Origin: Gemmatimonas sp.
GTDB lineage: Bacteria > Gemmatimonadota > Gemmatimonadetes > Gemmatimonadales > Gemmatimonadaceae
DNA length: 64,000 nt
Direction: 5' to 3'
Assembly (NCBI GenBank): GCA_965279375.1
Contig: OZ257156.1
Coordinates: forward strand, 1,056,001-1,120,000
Positions 48,804 to 58,414 of this stretch are shown here, piece by piece (the first letter of the stretch is position 1; every line of letters begins with the position of its first letter). The notes beneath the pieces were generated by a model. That model searched no databases, was not told the origin of the DNA, and saw only the letters and a program-made list of their open reading frames with translations. Both the position numbers and the translations under genes were made by a program.

Positions 48804-50384
48804 GTGAAGCACGCAAAATTGTTGTCAGTCTCATTGGGCCTGTGCTTTGTCGCAGGCTGTTCCGATAGTCCTACCAAGGCCCCGGCGTCGAATCCGACGT
48901 CGCTGCCGTCATCCTATCTCGTGCTGCTACGAGATACCGTTGCTAGCGCTGCGAGCGTTACAGCCAAAGCCATGTCCGCCGCAACGTCCAACAACATCGG
49001 CACCGCACCAAACACCGGCGGCGCTCGCGTCGTCGTCACAGAAGACGATGTAGAAGTGCTGGCGTCACTACACGCGGCCGTCGTCTCCGTCACACCGGAT
49101 CAGGTCGATCGTCTGCGAGCCGATCCGAGCGTGGAAGCCGTCGAGCCGATTCGCCCCGTCACGCTTTTCGCCGCCAGTCTGTTGACGACGCGCTCATGGG
49201 GACTCGATCGCATCAACCAGGCCGCACTACCTCTCGACGGGAAGACCACGCGCTTCGGCGGCGATGGCCAGGGCGTGCGTATCGCCATCTTCGATAGCGG
49301 CATTCGCTGGACGCACTCCGAAGTGGCGGGCCGCGTGGTGGGCGGGTACGACGCATTCACGAATGCCCCGAAGACCAGCGGTGATCCGCACGGCCACGGC
49401 ACGCTCGTCGCGTCGCTCGCCGCCGGCACGTCCTACGGCATCGCGACAGCCGCCACGCTGCTCGACGTGCGCGTCATGAATGCGGCTGGCTCCGGCAGCT
49501 CACTCGAACTCGCCCGCGGCGTTGACTGGGTGATCGCCGAGAAGAAGCGCGTCGCCGGTCCGATGGTCGCCAACATGAGCCTCGGCTACGCGGGCGGCAG
49601 CACCGTCATCGATGCACTTGTTGATCGTCTGCGCGCTGCTGGCATTGTGGTGGTCGTCGCCGCGGGCAACAACGGCGGCGATGCGTGCAACGTCTCACCC
49701 GCCCGCGCGCCGGGAGCGATCACCGTGGGTGCGTCGGCCGGTGGTGCGCTGGACACGCGTCCCGCATACTCAAACGGCGGCGCCTGCGTGGACCTCAGCG
49801 CGCCGGGCGACGCCATTCCCGGCGCTGGCGCTGCCGGCGATGCGACGCTCGTCATGGCGTCCGGCACGTCGATGGCCTCGCCGTTCGTGGCTGGTGCCGC
49901 TGCCGCGTACCTCGCGGTGAACAAGACAGCCACACCGGATGCCGCCGCCGCGTGGATCATCGCCGAAAGCACCGTCGGAAAGCTCAGCGGCCTGCTCCCC
50001 AACACGAGCAATCGACTGCTCACGTTGCAGCGTTTGCCCGGCCTGACTGCGCCAACGACAACCCCTGCACCCGTTCCAACACCTGCACCCGCTCCGACTC
50101 CGACGCCGACCATGCCGGCACCGGCGAGCACATTCACGCTCACCACATCGTGCGTCGCGCGCGTCTGCACCATCGATGCGTCTGTCCCCACCAACGTGAC
50201 CGCCGCGAACGCGACAACAGTCGTCTACACGTGGACGCTCACGGGAGTCGGCACCTCCGTCGGCACCAACCTGCGTCGCATGGTGATCACCTTCGGCTCG
50301 GCGGCAACACTCCCGCTTACCGTCACCGCGAAACTCGGCACCACAACGCTCGGCACCGCAACCACCACGCTCACGGTGAAGTAG
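48804..50384 (+). CDS. S8 subtilase (aqualysin/proteinase K-like) lipoprotein
   Basis: AGGAG upstream of GTG 48804; lipobox VAGC; prodomain; WGLDRINQ; D-H-S triad (FDSG, HGHGT, GTSMASP); Pro/Thr linker; beta-rich C-terminal domain. Confidence 0.92.
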   Translation: MKHAKLLSVSLGLCFVAGCSDSPTKAPASNPTSLPSSYLVLLRDTVASAASVTAKAMSAATSNNIGTAPNTGGARVVVTEDDVEVLASLHAAVVSVTPDQVDRLRADPSVEAVEPIRPVTLFAASLLTTRSWGLDRINQAALPLDGKTTRFGGDGQGVRIAIFDSGIRWTHSEVAGRVVGGYDAFTNAPKTSGDPHGHGTLVASLAAGTSYGIATAATLLDVRVMNAAGSGSSLELARGVDWVIAEKKRVAGPMVANMSLGYAGGSTVIDALVDRLRAAGIVVVVAAGNNGGDACNVSPARAPGAITVGASAGGALDTRPAYSNGGACVDLSAPGDAIPGAGAAGDATLVMASGTSMASPFVAGAAAAYLAVNKTATPDAAAAWIIAESTVGKLSGLLPNTSNRLLTLQRLPGLTAPTTTPAPVPTPAPAPTPTPTMPAPASTFTLTTSCVARVCTIDASVPTNVTAANATTVVYTWTLTGVGTSVGTNLRRMVITFGSAATLPLTVTAKLGTTTLGTATTTLTVK

Positions 50385-50658
50385 CGACGGCGTTGCATCG
50401 CACAAACGCGCCCTCGACGACGCCGAACGTGAGTCGCTGAGCCTTGGTCTCACCGACGGCGTCGGACACGGGGGCGCGAAGTGTGAATCGCGGCGGTATT
50501 CGGAACGACCGCGGCCCTTCGGTTCAATCGCGACCGAAGGCATGTGCGGTACCGTTCGAGTTGACTCTCCCCTTCGCCGGCCGGCAAGACAGCCTGTTCA
50601 GCATCTGCTCTGGGGGTGCATTACATTGTACCGATCGTTCCACGAATCGGAGAGGTCT

Positions 50659-51219
50659 ATGCCCCCCGCTGTTCTCACTCGCGAAGAAGTCGTTGCCCGT
50701 GTCATGGCGGTCGTCCGTCGTCAGGGGTACGACGGTGCCTCGATCTCCGAGCTTTCCAAGGCGACTGGGCTCGGTAAGTCGAGTCTGTACCATCACTTCC
50801 CCGACGGGAAGGATGACATGGTCGGGGCGGTCATTGGCTCGCTCGAGGCGTCGCTCGAAGCGTCCGTCTTCGCGCCGCTCCGGGCCACAGGAACGCCAAG
50901 CGATCGCATCCTCGCCATGAATCGTTCGCTGGAAGCGTTCTACGACAACGGGCGAGAGGCGTGCGTGCTCGCCATCCTCGGCATTGGCGATTCGTCGCGG
51001 CGCTTTCACCCGCGGGTCAAACAGCTTTTCCGATCGTGGATCGCCGCGATTGCCTGCGCTATCGAAGACAGTGGAGTTTCGCCGGAGCTCGCGCGAGCCC
51101 GCGCCGTGGACGCGCTGGTTCGCATCGAGGGCGCGCTGGTTCTGGCCAGATCGCTCGAGGAACCCGCCATTTTTGGGCGGACGCTGGACGCCCTCCCAAA
51201 CGAGCTGCTGGAGCCCTGA
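50659..51219 (+). CDS. TetR-family regulator (LmrA/YxaF-like)
   Basis: GYDGASISELSKATGLGKSSLYHHFPDGK; GGAG upstream of ATG 50659. Confidence 0.9.
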   Translation: MPPAVLTREEVVARVMAVVRRQGYDGASISELSKATGLGKSSLYHHFPDGKDDMVGAVIGSLEASLEASVFAPLRATGTPSDRILAMNRSLEAFYDNGREACVLAILGIGDSSRRFHPRVKQLFRSWIAAIACAIEDSGVSPELARARAVDALVRIEGALVLARSLEEPAIFGRTLDALPNELLEP

Positions 51220-51238
51220 GGCTCGCCGGCGGTCCCCC

Positions 51239-51284
51239 TTGCGAATATCCGACAGACTTTCTATTGTACCGAACGTTCGGTACA
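51239..51284 (+). promoter_or_regulatory. Sigma70 promoter overlapped by a perfect 20-bp TetR-type operator
   Basis: TTGCGA-N17-TATTGT; palindrome TGTACCGAACGTTCGGTACA at 51265-51284; partial copy at 50627-50646. Confidence 0.8.
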
Positions 51285-51319
51285 CACTAGAGGGTCACCC
51301 GCTTACGGAGATCAGCACC

Positions 51320-51865
51320 ATGCCACGCATTCAGCCTGTCGACACCACGACGATCACTGGCGTCGCCGCCGACCAGTTGGCCGCCACCAAGAAGATGTTC
51401 GGTTCGGCGCCAAACATGTTCACCACGGCCGCGCAATCGCCCGCCACAATCACGGCGCTCAACGGCTTCTTCGCTGCCATGGGCAAGTCGGCGCTGGGCG
51501 GGAAGATCGGAGAACAGGTGGCCGTCGCCATCGCACAATCCAACGGCTGCGAGTACTGCCTCTCCGCGCACACCGCGATCGGTGGTATGCACGGGGTCAG
51601 CGCCGCCAACCTGACCTCCGCTCGCGCTGGTCGCTCCGACGACCCCAAGGCGCAGGCGGCGATCACTCTCGCGCTGGAAATCGTCGCCACGAAGGGACGG
51701 GTCTCCGATGCCGCCCTGGCAGCAGCGCGCCTCGCGGGACTGGGCGATGGCGAGATCGTCGAGGTGCTCGGTCACGTCGCCCTCAACATCTTCACCAACT
51801 ACTTGAACAACCTCGCCGGCACCGACGTGGATTTCCCGCGGGTTCCGCTCGAGCAGGCAGCCTAG
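51320..51865 (+). CDS. AhpD/carboxymuconolactone decarboxylase-family protein
   Basis: E.VAVAIA..NGCEYCLSAH, VALNIFTNY.N...TDVDFP. Confidence 0.9.
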   Translation: MPRIQPVDTTTITGVAADQLAATKKMFGSAPNMFTTAAQSPATITALNGFFAAMGKSALGGKIGEQVAVAIAQSNGCEYCLSAHTAIGGMHGVSAANLTSARAGRSDDPKAQAAITLALEIVATKGRVSDAALAAARLAGLGDGEIVEVLGHVALNIFTNYLNNLAGTDVDFPRVPLEQAA

Positions 51866-51869
51866 CGTC

Positions 51870-52514
51870 ATGAGCCTCTCCCTCGGGCAACTCTGGCGCT
51901 ACCCCGTCAAATCCATGGCCGGCGAGCGAGTCGACCGCGCGTCGCTCACCCCGCTGGGTGTACCCGGCGATCGCCTGGTCTGGGTTCGCGGTCCCGAGGG
52001 AGTGCGCACGGCGCGCCGCCAGTTCAAGCTCCTGGGACTGCGCGGCACGGTGTCGCCAGAAGGCGGGGTGCTCGTGAACGGCCATCCATGGGACTCAGCC
52101 GACGCGCTCGCGCTCGTTCGGGAAGCTGCCGGCGACGACGCATGGTTGGAGCGCGCGCCGACGGGTCATCAGTTCGACATTCTGCCGTTGCTGGTCGCCA
52201 CGGATGGCGCGGTTTCAGCGTTCGGTCGCGACGTTCGGCGGCTCCGGCCCAATCTTCTCATCAACGGAGTCGACGGCATGGATGAGACCACATGGGAAGG
52301 CGCCACCCTCACCATCGGCGAGGCCCGCATCAAGCTTGACTCGCTCCGTGCGCGCTGCCCGATGACCACGGTCGATCCAGACTCTATCACCCGAGACAGC
52401 GAGGTGCTCAAAGACATCGGCCGACGGTTCGGAGGCAAACTTGCGCTCAACGCCGCGGTGATGCACGGTGGCGAAGTCTCGGTTGGCGCCCCCGTGCGAT
52501 TCCAGCGGGGCTGA
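51870..52514 (+). CDS. MOSC-domain protein
   Basis: LWRYPVKSMAGE, GDR, RRLRPNL, RCPMTT.DP. Confidence 0.9.
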   Translation: MSLSLGQLWRYPVKSMAGERVDRASLTPLGVPGDRLVWVRGPEGVRTARRQFKLLGLRGTVSPEGGVLVNGHPWDSADALALVREAAGDDAWLERAPTGHQFDILPLLVATDGAVSAFGRDVRRLRPNLLINGVDGMDETTWEGATLTIGEARIKLDSLRARCPMTTVDPDSITRDSEVLKDIGRRFGGKLALNAAVMHGGEVSVGAPVRFQRG

Positions 52515-52522
52515 CCCGCGGC

Positions 52523-52581
52523 CCGCATCGCTACCGCATCGCTACCGCATCGCTACCGCATCGCTACCGCATCGCTACCGC
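52523..52581. repeat. 11-bp tandem repeat (CCGCATCGCTA) x5 plus 4 nt
   Basis: Five perfect copies between convergent genes; the last copy contains the kdgK stop codon. Confidence 0.95.
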
Positions 52582-53645
52582 TTGATCCGCCCGCCCCCTT
52601 CACCCGCCAGCAACGCATCCACCTCAGCCGCCGGTACGCGATTGAAATCGCCCGGTATCGTGTGCTTGAGGCACGAGGCCGCCGTCGCGAACTCCAGCGC
52701 CGCCGCATGCGAGCGTCCCGTGACCAACGCGTACAACAGCCCAGCGGCAAAGGCGTCGCCGGTGCCTACGCGATCGACAACATCCTCGATCTCGTAGCGC
52801 GCGCTCACATGGTACGCCTCACGATCCAGCGCGCACGCTGACCATCCGTAGTGCGCCGCGCTGTTGCCGTCGCGCAGCGTGATGACCTGCATGCGCATGT
52901 TCGGAAACTCGTCCAGCACCTGCTGCGCCACGTCGCGAAACCACGCGTGATCGATCGCGCCCGACGGTGGCGCGCTCTTCGGCACAATGCCCAACATCTC
53001 CTGACAGTCGGAGCGCCCCGCGATACCGATGTCCGCATACGACACGATCTCGCGCATCACTTCGGGCGGACGCTTGCCGTAGCCCCACAATGACGCGCGA
53101 TGGTTATAGTCGCAGCTCACCGTCACACCCAACCGCCGCGCCGCCTGCACACCCTCGAGCGTCAGCGCGGCCGCAGACGCACTGATCGCCGGCGTGATGC
53201 CGCTCAGATGAAACCACGTGGCTCCGTCGAGTGCCCGTTCCCAGTCGATCGCGCCGGGGCCGGCCACGGCCAGCGTGGAATCGGCGCGGTCGTACAACAC
53301 GCGGCTCGCCCGATGCCCAGCGCCCGCCTCGAGATAGTAGGTGCCCAATCGACCGGGCGTCCGCACGGTGCGCGAGACATCCACGCCGTACCGCCGCAAC
53401 TCGCCCAGCCCTGCCTCGGCCAGCACGTTCTCCGGTGCTACGGTCACGAACGACGTGGCAATCCCGTCCGACGCGAGGGCGACGGCGACGTTCGCCTCGG
53501 CGCCGCCAAACGTCGCTTCCAGCGTCGCCGACTGCATCAGCCGCTCATTCCCTGGCGCCTTGAGCCGAAGCAAAAGCTCGCCGTACGCCACCACGTGCGG
53601 CACACGTTGGGAGTGGCTCTTCGATTCGTTTGCGGTACCCATCAA
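52575..53645 (-). CDS. kdgK: 2-keto-3-deoxygluconate kinase (PfkB family)
   Basis: GELLLRL, FGGAEANVA, GITPAIS, DRVGTGDAF, KHTIPGD; coupled to eda. Confidence 0.88.
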   Translation of the reverse strand: MMGTANESKSHSQRVPHVVAYGELLLRLKAPGNERLMQSATLEATFGGAEANVAVALASDGIATSFVTVAPENVLAEAGLGELRRYGVDVSRTVRTPGRLGTYYLEAGAGHRASRVLYDRADSTLAVAGPGAIDWERALDGATWFHLSGITPAISASAAALTLEGVQAARRLGVTVSCDYNHRASLWGYGKRPPEVMREIVSYADIGIAGRSDCQEMLGIVPKSAPPSGAIDHAWFRDVAQQVLDEFPNMRMQVITLRDGNSAAHYGWSACALDREAYHVSARYEIEDVVDRVGTGDAFAAGLLYALVTGRSHAAALEFATAASCLKHTIPGDFNRVPAAEVDALLAGEGGGRIKR

Positions 53646-54280
53646 ACGGTCCCCGCGGTGGAGAGCTCGGCGACGGTGGCTTCGACCTCTGCACGCACCT
53701 TGTCGAACTCACCCGCCTGAAGCCACGCCGCCGGCGCCATCCACGACCCGCCGCAGGCAATCACGCGCCCGGTCGCCATGTATCGCGCGACCATGTCACG
53801 CCGGATGCCGCCGGTCGGAATGAACTCCACGTCGCGATAAACCCCGCCAATCGCTTCGATGAACTTGGCCCCACCCACCACCTCGGCGGGAAAGAACTTC
53901 ACCACACGCAGCCCCAACGATCGAGCCTGTTCGATCTCGGTCGGCGTGCAGACGCCCGGGTAGATGGGCACCCCGATCTTCTGACAGTAGGTCACCACCG
54001 CCGGGTTGAGCCCGGGGGAGACGATGAACTGCGCCCCCGCATCCACCGCCTGCTGTGCCTGCTCCGGCGACAGGACCGTACCGGCGCCCACCAGCACATC
54101 GGGCCGCTCCGTCGCGATCCGCCGAATCGACTCGACGGCCGCATCCGTCCGAAATGTCACTTCGGCGATCGGCATCCCACCCGCCGCCAGCGCATCCGCC
54201 AGCGGTACGGCATCCCCCGCCCGTTCCAGGACAATCACGGGTAGGACCCGCACTCGGCGGAGTGTGTCTAAAGCGTTCAT
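53642..54280 (-). CDS. eda: KDPG/KHG aldolase
   Basis: EVTFRT, VGAGTVL, FIVSPG, PG..TPTEI, KFFPA, PTGGI. Confidence 0.95.
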   Translation of the reverse strand: MNALDTLRRVRVLPVIVLERAGDAVPLADALAAGGMPIAEVTFRTDAAVESIRRIATERPDVLVGAGTVLSPEQAQQAVDAGAQFIVSPGLNPAVVTYCQKIGVPIYPGVCTPTEIEQARSLGLRVVKFFPAEVVGGAKFIEAIGGVYRDVEFIPTGGIRRDMVARYMATGRVIACGGSWMAPAAWLQAGEFDKVRAEVEATVAELSTAGTV

Positions 54281-54328
54281 CGGCGAACTGATATTTGGTG
54301 TGATGGAATGTGGCCCTGTCGGGCACTG

Positions 54329-54943
54329 CTATCGTGAAGCACCTGAGGCGCGCTTGGCCCAGGCCTGCTGCAGCACTGGCTTGATGACCTTGCTGAACTC
54401 CACGTACGCCGGCGCCAGGAAATGCAAACTGTGCGGGCGATAGAGCTCCCCGCGCGGATTGCCCGCGGCATCAATGAGGACCGGGTTCAGGTCGATCGCT
54501 CGCATATAGCCGGCGCGCGCAGCGACATACCGACGGACGGCAGCGTTGGCGGAATCCACAACGGCCCAGCGAGCGCGCTTGTCCGGGGCCTTCTGGATAT
54601 CAACGTAGAATAGCTGAGCACCGGGTAGCGCCTCGTGTGCCCGATCGAAGAACGCCTCGACCGGAAGCGGTGCCATCTGCTCTGCAAGATTTTCCCATTG
54701 CCGAAAAATGCTAGATCCGATGAACAAGATCCCATTCTTCGGCGGAGGCGTCGCCAGATCGACGTCGAGAAAAGCCTGTATCTCCTTGTCGTACTTGATG
54801 CTCTGCCCGTCCGGGACATACGCCGGCTTGGGCGCGACCGCCGCTGCTCCCGGGACGACGGACTGCTGCGCCGAGGCCGGTAAAGCCGCTAATAGCGAGG
54901 CGAAGAGGCCCGCAACGCAAAGCCGCGACCGAGACGACCTCAT
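54329..54943 (-). pseudogene. GDSL/SGNH lipase-like gene with an apparent in-frame internal deletion
   Basis: ILFIGSSIFRQW...APLPV joins directly to EAFFDRAH; the NR.FGGS and G.ND blocks are absent; DxxH reads HSLH. Confidence 0.55.
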
Positions 54944-54992
54944 TCGACGAGCACCGCGTTCTCCATGTTGGAACAGAGAAATCATCGATCGC

Positions 54993-56237
54993 TCACGGCG
55001 TGAAGAGTCCGATGAACAGCTGACAGAAGAGCGCGCCAGCGACGGTCATGCTGAAGCCCCACAACAGCAGACTCCGGAAGAGCTTCTTGGAGTCCTCGCC
55101 CGCCGGGATGGCCGCAATGCACAGCGCGCCGATCGTGGACAGCGGCGAGACGTCCACGATTGCTGCCCCGATATTAATGCTGAGCGCGATCTGCAAGGGA
55201 TTGCCGCCACCAAGCTTCTGCACCAGCCCAGGCACCGCCGGCAGGAACGCCGGATAGACCACGCCGGAGGTCGAGCTGTAGGTCGAGATTAGTCCGGTGA
55301 CGAACGCTATCGTGCCGTTCACCGTGTTGGGTGTGGCGATTTGCGCGAGCATCGTGGTGAAGAGATCCATGCCGCCCGTCTTCTCGAGCACGCCGATCAG
55401 CACACTCACGCCGCATACCATCAGAATCACCGCCCACGGCACCGACTTCACCATCGCCGAATCGTCGCCAAGTCCGGTGAACACCAGAACGCTGGCCGCG
55501 GCAAACGCCGCCAATCCGGGATTCACCTTCCAGACGATGACCGCCGCAATCCACGCGGCACCCACGGCGAGCGTGAGCAGATGTCGTCGTTCGAACGGCG
55601 CGGTGACTTCAGTCGTCTCGATCCGCCCACCCTTGAGCAGCGCCGGACCGCCGAACAACGACCACGCCGCCAGCGCCGCCAGCGCGTGCGCCGCGAAGTT
55701 GGCCGCCAGGACCGAGCCCGCGTGCCCCCCCAATCCTGCCTTCGCCATCAGCGTCTGCACGATCGCGCCCACCGCTGAGATGGGCGATAGGTTACCCGCG
55801 TTCGCACCGTTGCCGACCATCAGGGCCGTCAGCAGCACCGGCACCTTGGCCCGAGCGGCAATCCCCATCGCCAACGGCGCCAGCAGCGCCACCGTGGCGA
55901 TCGCGCCCGGCCCGCAGGTAGAGATCACGCACGCGAGACAGAAGAAAAGAAGCGGCAACATCGCAGCACTTCCGCGACACAATCGAACCGCTGAATGCGT
56001 TACGGACGCCATCGTGCCATTTGTCTGCGCGATGCCGAACAGCAACGTGACACCCAGCAGCGTGAGGAATAGCGAAGACGGAAACGTCGCCATCAGCGCG
56101 TCGACCTTCCAGCCCGCGCCGTAGAGCCCGATCGGCCAAGCCAGGGCCACGGCCAGCACGCCGACATTGATGCGCGACGTCAGGCTGGCGCCGATCACGA
56201 GCAGCAGCGCCAGCAGCGACAGGACGGCCGGGCTCAT
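54993..56237 (-). CDS. MatC-like dicarboxylate carrier (SLC13/IT superfamily)
   Basis: INVG.LA, FP.SLFLTLLGVTLLFGIAQTNGT, DVSPLSTIGAL; coupled to the MatB-like ligase. Confidence 0.75.
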   Translation of the reverse strand: MSPAVLSLLALLLVIGASLTSRINVGVLAVALAWPIGLYGAGWKVDALMATFPSSLFLTLLGVTLLFGIAQTNGTMASVTHSAVRLCRGSAAMLPLLFFCLACVISTCGPGAIATVALLAPLAMGIAARAKVPVLLTALMVGNGANAGNLSPISAVGAIVQTLMAKAGLGGHAGSVLAANFAAHALAALAAWSLFGGPALLKGGRIETTEVTAPFERRHLLTLAVGAAWIAAVIVWKVNPGLAAFAAASVLVFTGLGDDSAMVKSVPWAVILMVCGVSVLIGVLEKTGGMDLFTTMLAQIATPNTVNGTIAFVTGLISTYSSTSGVVYPAFLPAVPGLVQKLGGGNPLQIALSINIGAAIVDVSPLSTIGALCIAAIPAGEDSKKLFRSLLLWGFSMTVAGALFCQLFIGLFTP

Positions 56238-57754
56238 TGGCCGACCGTCGGCGCAGCGCCGGTAGTCGCCGGCGTCGGCTCGGGAGTCCAGGGTGGCAGC
56301 AGGTGCTTTTGGACCTTGCCAAGCGCCGTGCGCGAGAGCGCCGGCACGCGCACGTAGCCGCGGGGCAGCTTGAACGACGCCAGCTGCGTGCGCAGGTGGG
56401 CGTCGATCGCCGCTGCATCGATTTCAGCGTCCGTGACCAGATAGGCCAGCGGGACTTCGCCGCGCTTGGGGTCGGCAATGCCAACCACCGCCGCCTCGCG
56501 CACGCCGGGCAGCTCGGTGAGCAGCTCCTCGATTTCGCGTGGGTAGATATTGAAGCCGCCCGAGATGATCAGGTCGCTGCGTCGCCCTTCGAGCGTGATG
56601 TACCCGTCCGCCGATCGCACCCCGACGTCGCCCGTGCGAAACCAGCCGTCCACGAACGACGCCGCGGTCGCATCGGGGCGGCGCCAGTAGCCGTCGCAGA
56701 CATTGGGGCCGCGCACCCACAGTTCGCCGCTCGTGCCGTCGGGGAGCTCCATCCCCGCTTCGTCGCGAATGCGAATGCTGGTGGCGGGCAACGATAGCCC
56801 CACCGTACCCGCCTTTCGCTCGCCGACGTACGGGTTGCTCGCGTTCATGAGTGTTTCGGTCATCCCGTAGCGCTCGAGGATCACGTGGCCGAATCGAGCG
56901 TCGAACGCTTCCAGCACATGGGCCGGCAGCGGCGCCGATCCCGACACGAACAGCCGCGCGCGGGCACCGATCGTCTTCGCCGCCGCCTCGGGCACGTCGA
57001 GCAGTCGCACGTACATCGTCGGCACACCGAAGAAGACCGTGGGCTGATACCGCTCGAACCAGTCGACCGCTCGTTCGTGCTCGAACCGTTCGACCAGCTT
57101 CATGTGGCAACCGCTCACCAACCAGCAGTGAATGCCGTTGGCCAGGCCGTGCACATGGAATAGCGGCAGCGTCGCGAGGTAGCGATCGGACTCCGAGAAA
57201 CTCCAACCGGTGACCAATGCCAGCGCGTTTGCCGCAAAGTTGCCGTGGGTGAGCACCGCGCCCTTGGATGCGCCCGTGGTCCCGGAGGTGTACACGAGGG
57301 CGGCGGGCGTCGAGGCGTCGGAGAGCTGCTGTGGTCGTTCCGCCGGATGCGCCGCGCACTCCGCTGTCAGGACATCGATGTCCCAACAGACCACGCCATC
57401 AGGGAACGCCGACGCCTGCGCCGCCGTCGTCACCACCGCTGTCGGATCGGCATCGGTGACGATGTGCCGGATCTCGCGCTCGCGGTACAGGATGTTGATG
57501 GGCATCGCGATGACGCCGAGCTTCACGCACGCGAGCCACAGATCGATGAACTCGATGCGATTGACCAGGTAGATCCCCAGGCGCGCGCCGGCGGTCAGTC
57601 CACGTGCCGCGAGCAGCTGCGCCATTCGATCGCTGCGTGCATCGAGATCACCGAAGGTCAGCTCGGTGATCTGTCCGGCGGCGTCCTCATATTCGAGAGC
57701 GAGGCGCTCGCGCCGACCGATGAGCGAAAGATCGAAGAGATTCAGGAGGGACAT
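56234..57754 (-). CDS. Acyl-CoA synthetase, malonyl-CoA synthetase MatB-like
   Basis: YTSGTTGASKG, LPLFHVHGL, SGSAPL, ILERYGMTET, GWFRTGD, GKVQK. Confidence 0.82.
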   Translation of the reverse strand: MSLLNLFDLSLIGRRERLALEYEDAAGQITELTFGDLDARSDRMAQLLAARGLTAGARLGIYLVNRIEFIDLWLACVKLGVIAMPINILYREREIRHIVTDADPTAVVTTAAQASAFPDGVVCWDIDVLTAECAAHPAERPQQLSDASTPAALVYTSGTTGASKGAVLTHGNFAANALALVTGWSFSESDRYLATLPLFHVHGLANGIHCWLVSGCHMKLVERFEHERAVDWFERYQPTVFFGVPTMYVRLLDVPEAAAKTIGARARLFVSGSAPLPAHVLEAFDARFGHVILERYGMTETLMNASNPYVGERKAGTVGLSLPATSIRIRDEAGMELPDGTSGELWVRGPNVCDGYWRRPDATAASFVDGWFRTGDVGVRSADGYITLEGRRSDLIISGGFNIYPREIEELLTELPGVREAAVVGIADPKRGEVPLAYLVTDAEIDAAAIDAHLRTQLASFKLPRGYVRVPALSRTALGKVQKHLLPPWTPEPTPATTGAAPTVGQ

Positions 57755-57765
57755 GGGCGGCTAAG

Positions 57766-58239
57766 CTATCGCAGCCCCAGCTCTCCGGCGATGGCGCGAA
57801 TGCCATCCACGTGCAGGCCGTCCTCCTCGAAAACAAGCACGCCCACGAGCGCGCGGGACACGTCATCCGGCAGTCGATCGGCGCGAAACGCCTGAATCAC
57901 GGGCCCCTGCGACATCGCGGCGCTGAGCCGAGTGTGCGACCACTCCGGGTCGAGCGTCGGTTCGCTGTCGAAGCCGTGCGCGAGGACATGCGAGATCATG
58001 CGCGCCGCCACGCCGCGGTAGACGAGCGTGGGCACGTCGCCCCCGAAGCTTCGTTCGAAGAGGACTTGCCACGCCATCGGACGTGCGCCTTGCGAGCGGA
58101 CACCTTTCGCAACGACGACACGTGGACGCGTGGCCACGACGTGCATGCGAGAGACCGCGTCCTGCAGATCCGCGAGGATGCGCGCGTCTCGCGGTGCGCT
58201 GGACGACGGTGCGGGGACTTCCGGATTCGATTCTGACAT
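57766..58239 (-). CDS. Hypothetical protein
   Basis: ORF co-oriented with and ending 11 nt before the matB-like gene; ATG 58239. Confidence 0.55.
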   Translation of the reverse strand: MSESNPEVPAPSSSAPRDARILADLQDAVSRMHVVATRPRVVVAKGVRSQGARPMAWQVLFERSFGGDVPTLVYRGVAARMISHVLAHGFDSEPTLDPEWSHTRLSAAMSQGPVIQAFRADRLPDDVSRALVGVLVFEEDGLHVDGIRAIAGELGLR

Positions 58240-58414
58240 GCCACACAATCTTCTCGCACGACCGTCTGGCAGCCATAGCGGCCTGCCGACTTTCGGCACC
58301 GCGTGGAGCGGAACGGAGACTTTAAGGCACCGATCGCTCCTTCTGTCCCATCCCACACCCCGTTCGCCACAAAGCAGCTGACGCGGCGACCGCGCCGCAC
58401 CGAACTTCCCCAAC

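Noticed and set aside
52523..52581. Repeat as a CRISPR array
   Set aside because: 11-bp contiguous units, no spacers, no cas genes
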